A stretch of 64,000 nucleotides of DNA, taken from NCBI RefSeq assembly GCF_009914755.1, contig NC_060938.1. One strand, written 5' to 3'. Of the stretch, positions 13,269-28,029 are shown in pieces. The notes below the pieces were generated by a model that was not told the origin of the DNA, did no database searches, and saw nothing but the letters and a program-made list of their open reading frames with translations. This DNA is from the human T2T-CHM13v2.0 reference genome, Homo sapiens. The stretch's first letter is position 1. The number at the start of each line of letters is the position of its first letter. A program made the translations under genes and the position numbers.

Positions 13269-15484
13269 CGGTTTACTGTCCGCACCCTCGGGCTCAGGCC
13301 CTCGCATTGGTCCATCACGCTCCGGGCTGGGGATGCCCCTTTTCAGAGAAGGGCCCGGGACCACGGTGACCAGGAGTCGTAGGAGCAAGATGGCGGTCTT
13401 CGACAGGAAGCTGGGCTCAGAACATTCCCAAGCCCCGGGAAGGTGGGGTGGTGTCCTGGGGCTGGGCCTCAGGTCCTGCCTGTAGGGAACTCCCTACGGG
13501 ATCTCCAGGAAGATGGTCCCTCAAGTGCAACCCACACCCCCGAACCTCAGAGGACTCCACGTGCATTCTGACGGGCAGGGCCCTGCGAGCGTCCTGTTCA
13601 GGGGAGGGATGGACTTGGGGCTTAGCAGGCACCAGGCAAATGCAAGGCAGCTTTGCCTTCTCCTCGGCCCCACAAAGTCTCCTGGGAGGACCACCTGGCC
13701 TGCAATGGGCTGTCCCAGGCCCCTGCCCTGAGGCAGCAGCCAGAGACAGAGGTTCTGACCCTCAGCTTCAAGGAACCAGGGCCACCAACAGGCAGGCCTT
13801 GAGATCCTGTGACCACTCATGCCCCCAGTTCTCCCACATGACCTCCTGCAGCCACAGAGCAGTGTGCCCAGCAGCCCCCAAGGGCCATGGCAGGGGAGGG
13901 AGCCGGCACTGCCTGCTGGGACCCAGTGGCTGATCTCAAGGGCCGGCTCCTAGCACACTGCACGTTGTTGGGCTTCCCGGCAGCCCTAGCAACAGGAATA
14001 TGACTGCTCTGCCCCTTAGGAGGCTCCACTCTCTGAGTGGCTTCGCCTAGGCTTCACCTAGGTCTGGTGGCACTTTTAACCCAGGGCCTGCAGACCACAG
14101 CTCAGAGCTGCTCTCTCCCGCTTCCCTGCCGCCCCCCAGGCCAGGAGGGCTCCCCCCAAGGCCAGGAGTCTCCCCAGGAGCGCTCAAAGGACTGTCTGTC
14201 TTCGGAGCCACCCTCTGACCCTGGGCCTGGCCTTCAGTTTGTGGGTGAGGCCTGGACATGCCCCTTTGCGCTGTCTGCAGAAAAGTGTGCTGAACGAGGC
14301 ACCCCCTCAGGCACAGCAGGAGGAGCGGGTGCTCTGGGTTCCCCTCAGCCTGTGGGCGGGCCTGTGTGCACAGGGAGGGGCCGCCCGGCTCAAAGTCCTG
14401 GTGCCGGGGCCAGCAGCACTTCCTTTGCAGAACAAGTCCTGGGCTCAGGCCTCTTCCCTGCGCCACTCAGCAGGCTGCCCACTCGGACATGGGAGGCCGG
14501 CGCTGTGCGGGGCCACTCCCAGGTATAGGGGGAGACCTGCATCTCCCAGGTCAGCAGGGACAGCCCCTGGCACCCCACTCATGGAGAGGCCTTCAAGCCC
14601 TGACTGTAGCCTCAGTCTCCATTCCTAAGTCCTGGAGGCTGAGGCCGCCTTCCCCAAGGCAGTGGTGGGAGCTGCATCCACTGCTGGATTGCAGTGGGCC
14701 CGCTCCATCCCTCTCTGGCAGGGAGGGCCTCCTCGCTCAGGCACCCCTCCTGCTGCCTGCCCACCTCTGGGACATCAGGACCCAACCCAGCCCTGCCCTC
14801 CAGGAGAAGACAACCTCCTAGGTCGCAGCTGCACCCTCAGCCCTTCTGTAGAAAGGACCGACACGTCTCACGTCACGCACACTCCCAGGACGCTGCCCGA
14901 CCCGCATCCCATCTGAGCTGTGGCTCACCAGGACAGTCACCTGCCCGGCCAGCCCCCGGGCTTGGGTGCCAGATCTGGGCAGAGCTCCTCCAGCCCCTCC
15001 TCCGAGCTGGTGTGGGGGATAGACCCTCTCTGGGCTCAGGGACGCTCCCTGCCGCGGGAGGGCATACAGAGAGCAGGAGGTGAGCAGGCCCAAGGGGTGG
15101 GGGCAAGGCAGGTGGTGTGGGCTCAGGGGGATGGGGGAGCCAGCCTCTGCGTGGCTCAGCCAGGCAAGGGAGCCGTGGGATCCCCGGGCTGCTAGGAGGG
15201 ATTTGGAGCCACACAGATGACCAAAGTGAGCTTTCTGCTGTCCACACCTCAGTGTGTGTGCACACCACAGTGGCAGGCCCTGAGGGAGCACTGCCAGCAG
15301 CAGCCACCGTCCCACAAAGAGCCAGGAGTGCATGGCAGGACCTGGGCCTGGCCTGGACGAAGCGGCACTCAGGCCTCAAGCTCCACTCATCGGGGCGGCC
15401 CAGCGCCCCATTCCCTGGGGCCAGGCTCAAGCCCAGACCACCCCCTCAGAAGCACAATCCATGGGCTGTGAAACAAACGCCGGG

Positions 15485-15490
15485 TTTAAT
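15485..15490 (-). terminator. DEGS2: DEGS2 polyadenylation signal ATTAAA
   Basis: tttaat on + = ATTAAA on -, about 320 nt after the stop codon. Confidence 0.75.
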
Positions 15491-15808
15491 GTAGGGCACA
15501 GGCACCCCGGAGAAGTCAGCTCCGTGGGAACCGTGGGCTCAGAGCACCCAGGTCATGGTGGGGCAGGGCCAGGCCTCACCTGGGGAGGCCCAGAAAGGGA
15601 GGGCCACACTCAAGGTCCAGGGCAAGTCCACGTGCAGACGGAGCCCTGCAGCCCACACTGCTGTTGCCAGGTGTGGCTGCGCGGGACACTCCTCGGGGAC
15701 AAGGGCAGCAGTCCAGAGCACAGGAAGGAAATGTAGCTTCTCAGTGCTGGGGTGCAAGGCTGAGGGGCCGATGGGGGACAATGGCCACCACCAGGAGGCA
15801 GCCCGGGC

Positions 15809-15955
15809 TCACAGACCATCTTTTGCCAGCCTGTACACCCGCTTCACCCTGGCATAGGGCCCCAGGGAGTCCTCAAACACAAAATCCCAGAGCACCTTCA
15901 CCCAGGAGTGGTGCTGCGGCAGGTGGTCGTAGTACTCGGGCGCGATCTTCCGCAC
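15809..15955 (-). CDS. DEGS2: DEGS2 exon 3 (VRKIAPEYY...YRLAKDGL*)
   Basis: ctctacAG acceptor on -, 48 codons + TGA; completes a 323-aa protein. Confidence 0.97.
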
Positions 15956-18015
15956 CTGTAGAGAGGAGGGCGGGGCTCAGGGGCTGGTTCTCCTCGGGGC
16001 CGCACCCGCGAGCACACACGCAGACACCTGAGCACACGCGGTGGGCATGCACATGCATATTCATGTACGAACATGTTTGCGCGCGCGCACACCCACACAC
16101 ACACATGGGTGTACATAATGCAAACACACCGTCGCCTCTGGGGTGCCCATGTCCAGCTTGGCCAAACACAAGGCCACCCCTCTGGTCCTCCCTGCCAACC
16201 ACCACTTCCTGGGTGCCTGGAAGGCTGGCGCTGGCTGCTGGAGGGCCTGGTGGCCTGAACTGCGCCCAGGACGCTGTGGCAGAGGCACCCACGGGCTCAG
16301 CTCAGAGCGCCTGCCCCAAGTGGTAGTTGCAGAATTCATTGCACCACTCCACTCGGCCCCGCCTTCTGACCCGGCAGACCCCACTGCTCGGGGGAGTTCT
16401 CCCGCAGCGCCTGCGCAGTGCTGAGTGCCCGCCTGAGTCCTACCAGGCCACAGTGTCACACCCATGCATCTCAGCCCTGTGATCCGCCAACCTTGGCCTC
16501 AGCCAGCCTCACTGCTTGTCATGTTCCAAGGGCCTCTTGAGCACCTGCTGTCCCCTCCAGCCTTTGCTCTACACAGACACCCCCACCAACTTCCTCCAGG
16601 AAGTGCTCCCAGCTTCAGCGCCCGCAACTGCGCCACCACCACGCCGCCCCACTGCTCAACGGCATGCAGCCTTGGCCCAGCTCCCATCACAGGGATGCCC
16701 TCCCTGCCCCCCCCCCCCAGGATGCCTTTCCTGCCCCCTCTTTGCCCTGTCACCTCCTAAGGATGCTCTCAGGACGCAGGGAGCCTGGCCGCAAAACCAG
16801 GACAGCGGGGCCAGCACCAGGCACCCAGAGCCTCTCACTTTGCTCAGGAAAGGTAAAGGCTCATGGCTCACGGCAGGCACTCTTGCCAACTTGCTCTGCC
16901 ATCTCCTGAGGCGGGCACCTCTCCCCTCCGCCCCGTCACCTCCTGAGGCGGGCACCTCTCCCCCGTGCCTCTGCCTTATCTATACAACAGGGATAATGGA
17001 TGAGGAGGCAGCTGCCTCCTGGGCTGTGGTGAAGTTCAAGTGAGATGGTCCCTGGTGCAGAGCACCGCCTTGGTACTGCCAGCCGGAATGGAGGGCACAG
17101 GCCACGGCCCAGGCTTGGAATTTGGTCTGATTCCAGAGTCACACGGGCCACAGTGCACACGCATACAGGGACGTGTGCACAAACACCTGCACAACCAGGT
17201 AAATACATAACCACACACAGATGCGTGTGCGCACGCCCAGGCACACATGCAAATGCCTGCGCACGTGGGCAGGCACCCACACATAATCACAGGGCAAACA
17301 TGCTCACACACAGACACGTGCACACCCCGGTGCACACAGAGGCGTGCGCTCAGGCGCTCGAACACCTCCCCAGTGCCACCTCCTCCCGCCCCCTTTGCCA
17401 CAGGTAACTCCAGCTCTTTCCAGGCAGCCAGAGGCTACCAAGGCACAGGCTGGCAATGGCTGAGGGACGGCTCCTCCTCCCCCTTCCCCTTCCTCCTTTC
17501 TCATTCAGAAATTCTCCAGCTCCCAGTCTCCTAAGGCAAAGATGCCCATACCCGGGGCTTCCACTCCCCATCAGCTCTGCCCAAGCCCCTTGGGCTGCGA
17601 AGGGCAAGGCCCACCCTGTCCTCTCTGGCCCCTGGAGGGTCACAGGGCAATGACAAGGAATGAGCAGGGAAAGAGCCTGCAGACGGGAAGGATGGTGCTT
17701 CCCGTGCAGTGTTGCTAATGCTGCCCCTCTTCAAGGAAGACACCCTGTCAGTATCATGGCGGCATCAAGCAGCCTGGACTGTGAAATGCCTCTCAGACCC
17801 CACCTCCCTGAATTTGCTTCAGCCTCCAGCAGAGGACTCGCCTGTGTTGTGTGGCCTTTCCTCCTGCCCTGGGGACAAGTGCAAGTGGCCATGCCATGAC
17901 TAGCACAAAAAGGGAGAGGCTGCTGGGCATGGCCCAAGGCCCTTCCAGGGCCCCCACCTCCTCCGATGGCTGTGCAGCCCTGCCCCGCCGCAGCCCTGCC
18001 AGCCCAGCCACATAC

Positions 18016-18758
18016 CAGCGGCAGGTTGTAGCCCGGGATGCTGGGGAAGTCGTGGTGCTCCACGTGGTAGCCCACATTGAAGGTGATCCAGTTGAGAGGC
18101 CCATAGTAGGAGTAGGTCTCGTGGCCCTTGAGGAACATGTAGTGCTCGGCCACGAAGTGGCCCGAGATGGGGTGCAGGCCCAGGCCCAGGAAGGAGCTGG
18201 CCAGCAGGTAGACCACGGGCTTGAGCCCCCAAAGGGCAAAGATGGCCAGGTCGGCCGCCAGCTGCACCAGCGTGTTGAGCACCTCCATGCGGGTCACGGC
18301 CTTGGGGTGGACGCAGAGCGGCCGTAGTGAGTAGAAGAAGGGCTGCAGCACCAGCCAGAGCAGCTTGCGGGCGGGTGTGCAGAAGAACCAGCCCTCCAGA
18401 CGCGTGGGCACGTCCACGTCCAGCCCGTCGCCGCCCAGGTAGCGGTGGTGGTCCACGTGGTACTTCTTGAAGGAGGCGGCGTAGGGCACACCCACGGGCA
18501 GGTTGGCGAACACGGCCAGCCAGCGGTTGCGTGCCGCACGGCCCGTGCCGAAGGCCGCGTTGTGCGAGATGTCGTGGATGGCCAGCGTCAGCGAGTGGTT
18601 CACGCAGCCACCAAAGGCGTAGGCCCAGAACAGCAGCCAGCGCCAGGCCAGCCCGCGCACCAGCCAGCAGGCCAGCATCTGCACCAGCACCAGCACCAGC
18701 ACCGCCCACTTGAGGCGCGGGTCTGGCCGCATCAGGGCCTTGATGGCCGGGTACTTGG
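18016..18758 (-). CDS. DEGS2: DEGS2 exon 2, sphingolipid delta-4 desaturase/C4-hydroxylase catalytic core
   Basis: 743 nt; ttccttgcAG acceptor, GTATGT donor; His boxes HDISH, HVDHH and HVEHH; CpG-rich exon. Confidence 0.98.
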
Positions 18759-21302
18759 CTGCAAGGAAGACAGGGAGGTATGAGGCCCCGCTCGGTGGGG
18801 CTGCACCCCGCCCTCCTCCGCTCCCACTGCAGTGGCCGAGGGGTGAGAAGGTGGGAGTGGCCAGCAAACCTCGCTGGTCCCTTTGCCCCTGCACACAGGC
18901 CCTGTCCCTCGAGGGCCCGCTGGCCCCCACCCTGGCCGAGCCTCATCCCACCAGACTCAGAGGGCAGGACTCCAGCAGGGGCACATGTGGCCCACGCTGG
19001 CAGATGGGCCCTGCTGCTCCCCGAGCCAGGCCTCATCCCAGCTTGTTCCCACCCAGCAGGTCTGGGCCAGCGAAGACGATTCAGAGGCTGTGCCTTGATG
19101 CCGTCTGTGTACTCAAGCACACGGGGAGCCTCAGCCAGGAGGTGGGGACCCAGCGCCCGCAGCAAAGTGGTCCCAGGCAGGGAAGCAATGTCTCCTGTCA
19201 GGCAGGGCAAGGAGGACCTGCTGGCAGCTCCCACTCAGGAAGGCTCTGGCCCAGGCGCAGGGCCAAGGAAGTCGCATGCAAAGTCCCCTTTGTGTGTCTG
19301 TATGTAGGCTGAGACCGCAGGTCCGAAGGCACCACTGCCCACTGCCTCCCTCTTACCCAGGGACGCCCCTGCCCCCAGGGCAGTAGCCAATCCGCCTGGG
19401 GGCCGGCCAGCTCCAGCCCCACTCCCACCCCAACACCCCCCCCCGCCCCGCCCCCATTCCACAGGCAACCAGCCGCTGCTTCCCCTTGGAAAGAGACCAA
19501 ACCTTGGGGCAAGAGGGAGGGGCAGGCCACACCTGTGCCAGGTGAGCCACAAGCAGGCAGCTCTGGGGAGGGCCAGCCCAGGCCTCCAGCTTTTGGGTGC
19601 AGGCAAGCATCAGCCACTTCTGCACCCCTCAGAGGTGAGAGCCATGACAGAGCCTGGCAGCCCTGACCTTGGAGAATGGGCCTCACTTTCCCCATCTGCT
19701 GAACAAAGATGCTAAGTTCTGCCTACATGGTGCGCCCTCAGGGTCCCTCCCTGTGCCCTGTGCAGCCGCCTTTCAGGGAGCCCCGTGCCCTTCCCGCTTT
19801 CCTCAGCACCTCCTAGGACTCAGCTGCCCCTCCAAGCCCCAGCCTTCCCTCAGGGGCCCCACTGTGGACCACTGGAGAGAGGAGAAACCTGCACACAGAA
19901 GGACAGCAGCGCCCACCCTACCAGCCCCTCACCCGGCCCCAGCTATGGGCTGGTCCTATCTCCCATGGGTGTGCTGGGGCCTCCGGAGCCACTGGGACCC
20001 CAGAAACAGGCACTGGGCTGGCCCATCCAACAGGCATGCCCCTAAGTCCCCTCTGAGTGGACTCTGGGCTGTTTCCAGTGTGGCACATCTGGCAAGAGGC
20101 CTAGTGCAGGCGGGTCCCAACAAGCCTCAGGGGCCCAACCCCAGCCATCACCTGGCCAATAGCAGGGGCCCACCAGCCTGCGTCTTCCCATCTGGGAAAT
20201 GGGGACGCCATTCCTCTATGCCCGTCAGGCTGTGGAGTGGCCAGCACATTAGTCTGAGCCCTGGGGGTGCCAGCACTCAGTAGGCACAAGCTGGTACTAT
20301 TGTCATTAAAGGAAGTGCTCTGATCTAAGAGGAAAAGCTGGTCTTGGGGCGATGGCCTGGCCCTGGCTTGTTTCAACAAGAGCAGGCCCAAAGCTTGCAG
20401 GCTTGGGAGCCACCAACTGGAAGTAACTAAAAACTGAGCAGTGCACGAGGCAGCTGAGCATGGGCAGCACAGGGCGCGACTCAAGGAGGGAACAGATGCA
20501 GGGAGCCCCAGGTCACCTCACCTGCCTGCAGGCACCTGCTGGACTGCAGCACGTGGCTGAGGGACCCCCAAGGAGCTGAACGAGCAGAGAATGGCACTCA
20601 GGGAGCCCGAGACACCCACACTGCAGGTACAGGGGGCTCCTGCCAAAGGCCTGAGGCCCAGAGAAGCTTTGCTGGAGCAGGAGCTCCATGACAGTTCTGA
20701 AAACAGCAGCTGCTGGAGCTTTGCACCCAAGGAGTTCCAGAGGTGGCACAGGCTGGGAGTCCCAACCCACTGGGCAGAAAGGCCTCACTGAACACCCCAG
20801 CCTCCAGTGGGCCCCCCGGAAGCCCTGTCTTAGGAGTGGGTCTACTCTGCACCCACCCAAGGTCAGTTGACTGACTCCTTGACAGGAGAAAACAACCCAC
20901 GCTTTTTGCAAAGATTGCAAAGATCTACCATCTTCAGCTCCAGAGCGCCCAGGTCCCTGGGGGAGTGGGAGTGGGGACGTGCCAGGAACACTCGGGACCA
21001 CGCCATGCAGACTGGATGTGCAGGAGAGGGTCGTGGCTGAGGTCACCCTGGGTACGGTCAGGATGGAGTAGTAACTGAAGCCAGGGCTTGGAGGTGGTCA
21101 GCTGCCAGGGGTCACAGAGGTTCAGGGACAAGAAGAGAGAGCAGGTGTCCCTCGACTTAGCCAGGTCATGGTGTCTCAGCAGGAGCCATTCCGGCACAGC
21201 CCGAGGCAAGGCGAGGGTGAGATGAGGTAGCGAGGGTGGGTCTGCCTAGGGCATGGGGCAGGGAGGGCAACAGGGAGGCACCAGAGGACGGCAGGATGGG
21301 AA

Positions 21303-21386
21303 GGAGATGCCAGGGTGGGCGTCATGGAGATGCCAGGGTGGGCGTCATGGAGATGCCAGGGTGGGCATCATGGAGAAGGCAAGGGT
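21303..21386 (+). repeat. 23-bp tandem repeat GGAGATGCCAGGGTGGGCGTCAT, about 3.5 copies
   Basis: Units start at 21303, 21326 and 21349; degenerate fourth at 21372. Confidence 0.9.
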
Positions 21387-21429
21387 CACTGGAGCTGGGT
21401 GCCAAGGGGACTCAGGAACTCCTCGAGAG

Positions 21430-22677
<1,248 letters not shown>

Positions 22678-23132
22678 TCAGGTGTGACTCTGCCCTTCCA
22701 CACCTCCAGCCTGGATGGCAGGAGTAGCTGGGAGACACATGTGCCTTGAGGGCTCTCTGCTCCGTGGGGCAGCACAGAGCCCGACGTGCACAGCCACCTG
22801 GAACCAAGATACACAGACCCACACAGACGGTTTCCAGCAGCGGCCCCAGGTGAGGCACAAGGCATCTGGGCAGGTGGCCATGAACAACAGCTGTTGCTAG
22901 AAGTCACCCTGTCCAGGCAGGACTCAGGAAGGGTCTGAGGTCAAGGGAGGTGCAAAGAAGGGCCCACCAAGGTGCAACAAGGCTGACCGAGCCAAGACTT
23001 GAACTCAGGACCCCCGACTCCAGGCCTGCACAATGGTGAGCAAGGCCCCGATGTGGACTCAGACTCCATCAGCACCGATCTAGTGCTTGGCTACACTGCC
23101 ACAGAGCACCCAGAGAAAATTCTGGATCAGAT

Positions 23133-23448
<316 letters not shown>

Positions 23449-26400
23449 TCAGACTCCTGTGTGCCCTTGGGCAAGCCCCTGTCCCTCTCTGGACCTGTCT
23501 CCTCAGTCTCCATCTGTAAGGCATCTGCTCTGACAGCCTCTGTGGCTGGGAGCCCATGGAGGTGGGGTCTTCCCTAGGGGCCTATGGAGAAGAAGGGGCA
23601 GCAGATGCCAAGGTGTGAAACGTCTGCACACTTATACCAGTTAGCAGGCTCACTCATAAAATGCCAGAGGGCAGAGCCAGAGGCAGGGCCTGCTGAAGGG
23701 AGGCCAGCCCAAAGCCCCCTGCACCCACAGGACAGTTGCATCACCCTGGTGCGACTCTGATGGGTTACAGCCTTTGCCCAGAAATGCTCCTGACAAATCT
23801 GCTGAGCCATTGAGCAGAGGGACCGCATCAGAAACAGGCAGCCAGGCCAGAGAGGCTGCTGTACCCTTGCCTCCAAGAGTAGCAGAGACAGGGCCCCCCC
23901 ACGCCACACCCCTACTCCCAGTCACAGGCCACTCCACCCCTGCCCCTCCTGACTAGCTGGCAATAAAGTCACTTTTGTCTTGTCCCCAGCAGGGCTCCCA
24001 AAAGCAAAGGGGCCTCTTATCTCTTCCACACTGGGCCCCAGTGAGCCCCCAAGCCCTGGCTCTGGCAACATCTAGGGAGACCTGCTGTATCACCTTCCCA
24101 GGGAGGCCAAATGCCATCATATGACAGTCACTCACTGGCCACATGGGAGGTGCCCGTCACTGCCCATCATCCCTCCAACATTCCACCTCTGCCGCCACCT
24201 GCTTCCCAGCTCCCTGTTCCACCACAAACCTGCTCAGGGTTGACGATGCCACCTGGTGGCCACAGCAGGAAATGCTTCCATACAACGTGGCCTCTTCCCC
24301 ACCCATCCACAGCTGAGTAACCTGACCTGGGACAAGCTTCTCCTCACAAAGGCAGCAAAGCCCTCCTAATCCCCTCCTTCCTAAACTTCTTCCTCCCAGC
24401 CCTGGCCTAATGCTCTGGGAAGCCACCTACCCACAGCTTCCATCCCTGCCACCTGAGGTTTTGTGCCAAGAGACAAGCCTGACCCTGTCCAGTGTGGGAG
24501 GCACCCTGGGACCTAGTTGGATCTGGAAAGTGTGGCAAGTGTCCAGCTTCTCACCAGCCGCTCACTAAACCTGCCTTTCATTTCCAGTGACAAATATATA
24601 CTGAAGATCTGGGAGCAGCCAGGCCCCCGTACGTTACAGAGATGGGTTTACCCTGCAGCCGGGCAGCTCTGTGGCTGGGAGATGGAGCCCCAGGATCCCC
24701 TTGTGGCTCTGGCAGTTTGGTCCTGGATTTTACCAGTTACCACTGACAGAGCCTCAGCCCCGGCCTTTCTGAAGCAAATAATCCAGCAACAGCCAGCAGT
24801 TTCGCTTCCGGGATTTCCTCTTTTGTTTTTCTTTATTTGAATTTTTGTATTACCATGTGTGCCCTGCTTTCATAATTTAAAAACAAACAAAATTACAAAG
24901 CTATTCATTTTCAAAAAAAAAACAAACCCAGAGCTTGCCTCTTACTCCACCGGCCACGCCTGGCTGGGTCTCTGATGGGGCCAGTCTCGCTGGCTCCGGT
25001 CCTGCCCTTTCAGGTCAGGGAGCCTCAGCCCTGGCCTAGGAGACCCCACTTTCTTAGGAAGTTATGTTCTAGGGAGCATGTCCCCCTCCCCGGCAGGAGC
25101 TGGAGATGGACTTTGGCCCCAACCCACAGAGCTCCTGGAGCCAGCTCTTTGCAAGGACTTCCTGGATTCTGACTGTCAGATTATGATCTTTATTGAACAT
25201 CCCTGGGCACCCAGGAGCTTGGCATAGGCTGCAGGAGCCAGCTGGGTGGGGCAGGAGGCTGCCTGAGCACCAGCCTGGCCTGTGTGTTCCCCGGCAAGTT
25301 GCTTCCCCTCTCTCAGCCTCACTCCTGCCTCTTCTATAAAGAGATGCTGGCAGTTACACAGAGCATTTCTCCAAGGCCTGGGAATAGCATAGGCATGGAG
25401 GAAGCAGAGAGTATTCCCTGTCCTTAGGGAAACGACAGCCCTTGCCAGGTCTCTGAGACATTAATCATTATCATCGCAGCTGATACTCATCGAGTCCTGG
25501 AATAAGCACTTTACATATCACCTCGTTTAATCTGCACAGCAGCCCCATTAGGAAGGTATGATTTATTAACCCCTTTTCATTTGCCCAGGCCCCAACTCCT
25601 TCATCTGTTTACAGACTCACCCGTGGCTAATAAGTGGGTGTCAGGGTCCTTGCCAGGGGTTCAGCTCCACAGCCAAGCTCTTGAACTGTGCCCCAAAGAG
25701 CCCAGAGCCCAGAGGGCTTGGAGCCATGGAGGGGAACCCAGAGGAGGGGTCCCCATCCAGCTGGGCCAGGTCTGGGAGCAGTGGAGGGGCTTTCTGCAGG
25801 AGGTGGGACTGAACTGAGCGAGCAAGGCTAAGCAAGACAGAGCCTGGCAGAGCAGGGAGGAGGGACATTCACCTGGGGGAACAGCTTGTGCCGGGGAGGG
25901 AGGGAATGGCACATTCCAAATTTATTAGCTGAAAACAACAGGTGGAAAGGAAGCCCCTGCTTCCGCCCTGCAGGAAAGGGAGCGTGGACCAAGCTGGAGG
26001 GCCCGCCCTGAGGACTTGTGCTCCCCAAGCCCTGGCCCCAGGTGCCTCTCCCTTTTCCAAGTCTTTCAACCTTCCTAGCCACCACCTCCAGAAAGCCTCC
26101 TGGATTGGTTCCAGGGCCTGTGGCTTCCCTCTTTAGAGAGAGCTCCTTCCCCACGTCCTGGAGGGCCAGGTACCACCTCGGGCACCTTCCCAGCTGAGAT
26201 ATCATCTCATCCTCACACCTACTCTGCCTGGTAGGACGACTGCCCGTTTTGCAGATTGGGAAAGTGAGGCCACAGCCCAGAGTGTCTGGATCCCTCCAGG
26301 TGGCCCTGAGGTAGGCCCAGCTCCTATTCTATGGATATGAGCTCCTAGGGACCAGGACACTGGCTGCCATGTGCCTCTTGCCTTTTCCACATGGTGCCAG

Positions 26401-26853
26401 ATACCCAATGAGTCCTGTGAAGTGAAGCTGGGGATAGCCAGGGGAGGGGACAGAAATGCAAACAGGGCCAAGGAGGCCCCTGCTCCAGCCTCAGCCCCAC
26501 CTCAGACCTGCTGAGGGGCAGTAGCCAGGACACCTGCCCTGTTCACATGATGAGCAGGGAGGGAGGGTCAGATGACCCCCAAGGTTCCTCCCAGCCCTCC
26601 CCAGGAGTTCCACAGCATACGGGAGGCAGCTACCACTGCTGGGACCAGACGATGCTGGGCTGCAGCTCACCTCCCAGGAGAAACCACAGCAGTCACAAAC
26701 CCACATAGAGGCTTCCAGCTCCTGAGGCCCCAGTTACCCCGGGATGCAGTCACAGGCTAGCCACCCAATGTATCTTGGGTTTCAAACATTTAAAAGTCAT
26801 GGTATCTCAGTATGCTGCCATGGGATTAAAAAAAGAGGAAGAAAGAAAAAGTT

Positions 26854-27610
26854 GGCTGGGCGCAGTGGCTCACACCTGTAATCCCAACAGTTTGGGAGGC
26901 AGAGGCGGGTGAATCACCTGAGGTCAGGAGTTTGAGACCAGCCTAGCCAACATGGTGAAACCCCATCTCTACTACAAATACAAAATTAGCCGGGTGTGGT
27001 GGCGGGTGCCTGTAATCCCAGCTACTCAGAAGGCTGAGGCAGGAGAATCGCTTGAACCTGGGAGGCGGAGGTTGCGGTGAGTGGAGATCGCATCACTGCA
27101 CTCCGGTCTGGGCGACAGAGCAAGACTTCCTCTCAAAAAAAAAAAAAAAAAAAAAAAAAGTTGTTCAGGCCAGGCGTGGTGGCTCATGGCCCATGCCTGT
27201 AGTCCCAACACTTTGGGAGGCTGAGATGGGTGGATCCCTCGAGCTCGGAAGTTTGAGACCAGCCTGGGCAACATGGCAAGACCCTGTTTCTAGTAAAAAT
27301 ACAAAAAAAATAGCCGGGCATAGTGGTACACACCTGCAGTCTCAACTACTCAGGAGGCTGAGGTAGGAGGATCAGTTGAGCCCAGTGGGGAGAGGTTGCA
27401 GTGAGCTAAGATCGCGCCTAGCCAACATGGTGAAACTCCATCTCACTACAAATACAAAAATTAGCCGGGTGTGGTGGCAGGTGCCTGTAATCCCAGCTAC
27501 TCAGAAGGCTGAGGCAGGAGAATCGCTTGAACCTGGGAGGCGGGGGTCGCAGTGAGCCGAGATCGCGAGACTCTGTCTCTAAATAAATAAATTAATTAAA
27601 TTAAATAAAA
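26854..27610 (+). mobile_element. Composite Alu structure (internal 128-bp duplication plus ectopic templated insertion)
   Basis: Alu segments; 26941-27068 repeated at 27416-27543; the intervening part matches 53298-53627. Confidence 0.9.
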
Positions 27611-28029
27611 CGCCCGATTAAAATGTGAAACCTCCATCAAATAAGTGCAAATTAAAGCCACAGTGAAATGGTATTGTTTCCCCAATCTGACTGAAGATTA
27701 CAAAGTGTGGCAACGCGCGGTGCTGACTTAGGCAGGGCGGGAGGGGCGGGCCTGTCTCAGCCTGTGGCGATTTGGTGGCATCTGGCAAAAGCCACTCTCC
27801 AGACGCAGGCCCTTTAACCCCGTAAGCCCGGGCCAAGGACGACTCACCGGGGCCACCTTGCTTGTGGGTGGGATGGGGCCTCTGGCATGAACGAGAGTGA
27901 CTCCGAGTGGGTAAAGATGCCCTCCTCGCAGAGGACACGAAGCAACAAGGAAAACAGCCACCACGTAATAAGCGACATGCCAGAATAGAAGGATTCTTTA
28001 GTACAATCTTTGCTTTTTTCAAAGAAAAC

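Noticed and set aside
16903-16963. 24-bp direct repeat CTCCTGAGGCGGGCACCTCTCCCC with a 13-bp spacer
   Set aside because: An ordinary local duplication beside a MIR-like remnant; no sign of function.
17731-19234. 399-aa and 444-aa minus-strand ORFs
   Set aside because: The first is DEGS2 exon 2 with intronic overhangs; the second is a shifted frame kept open by GC-rich codon usage.
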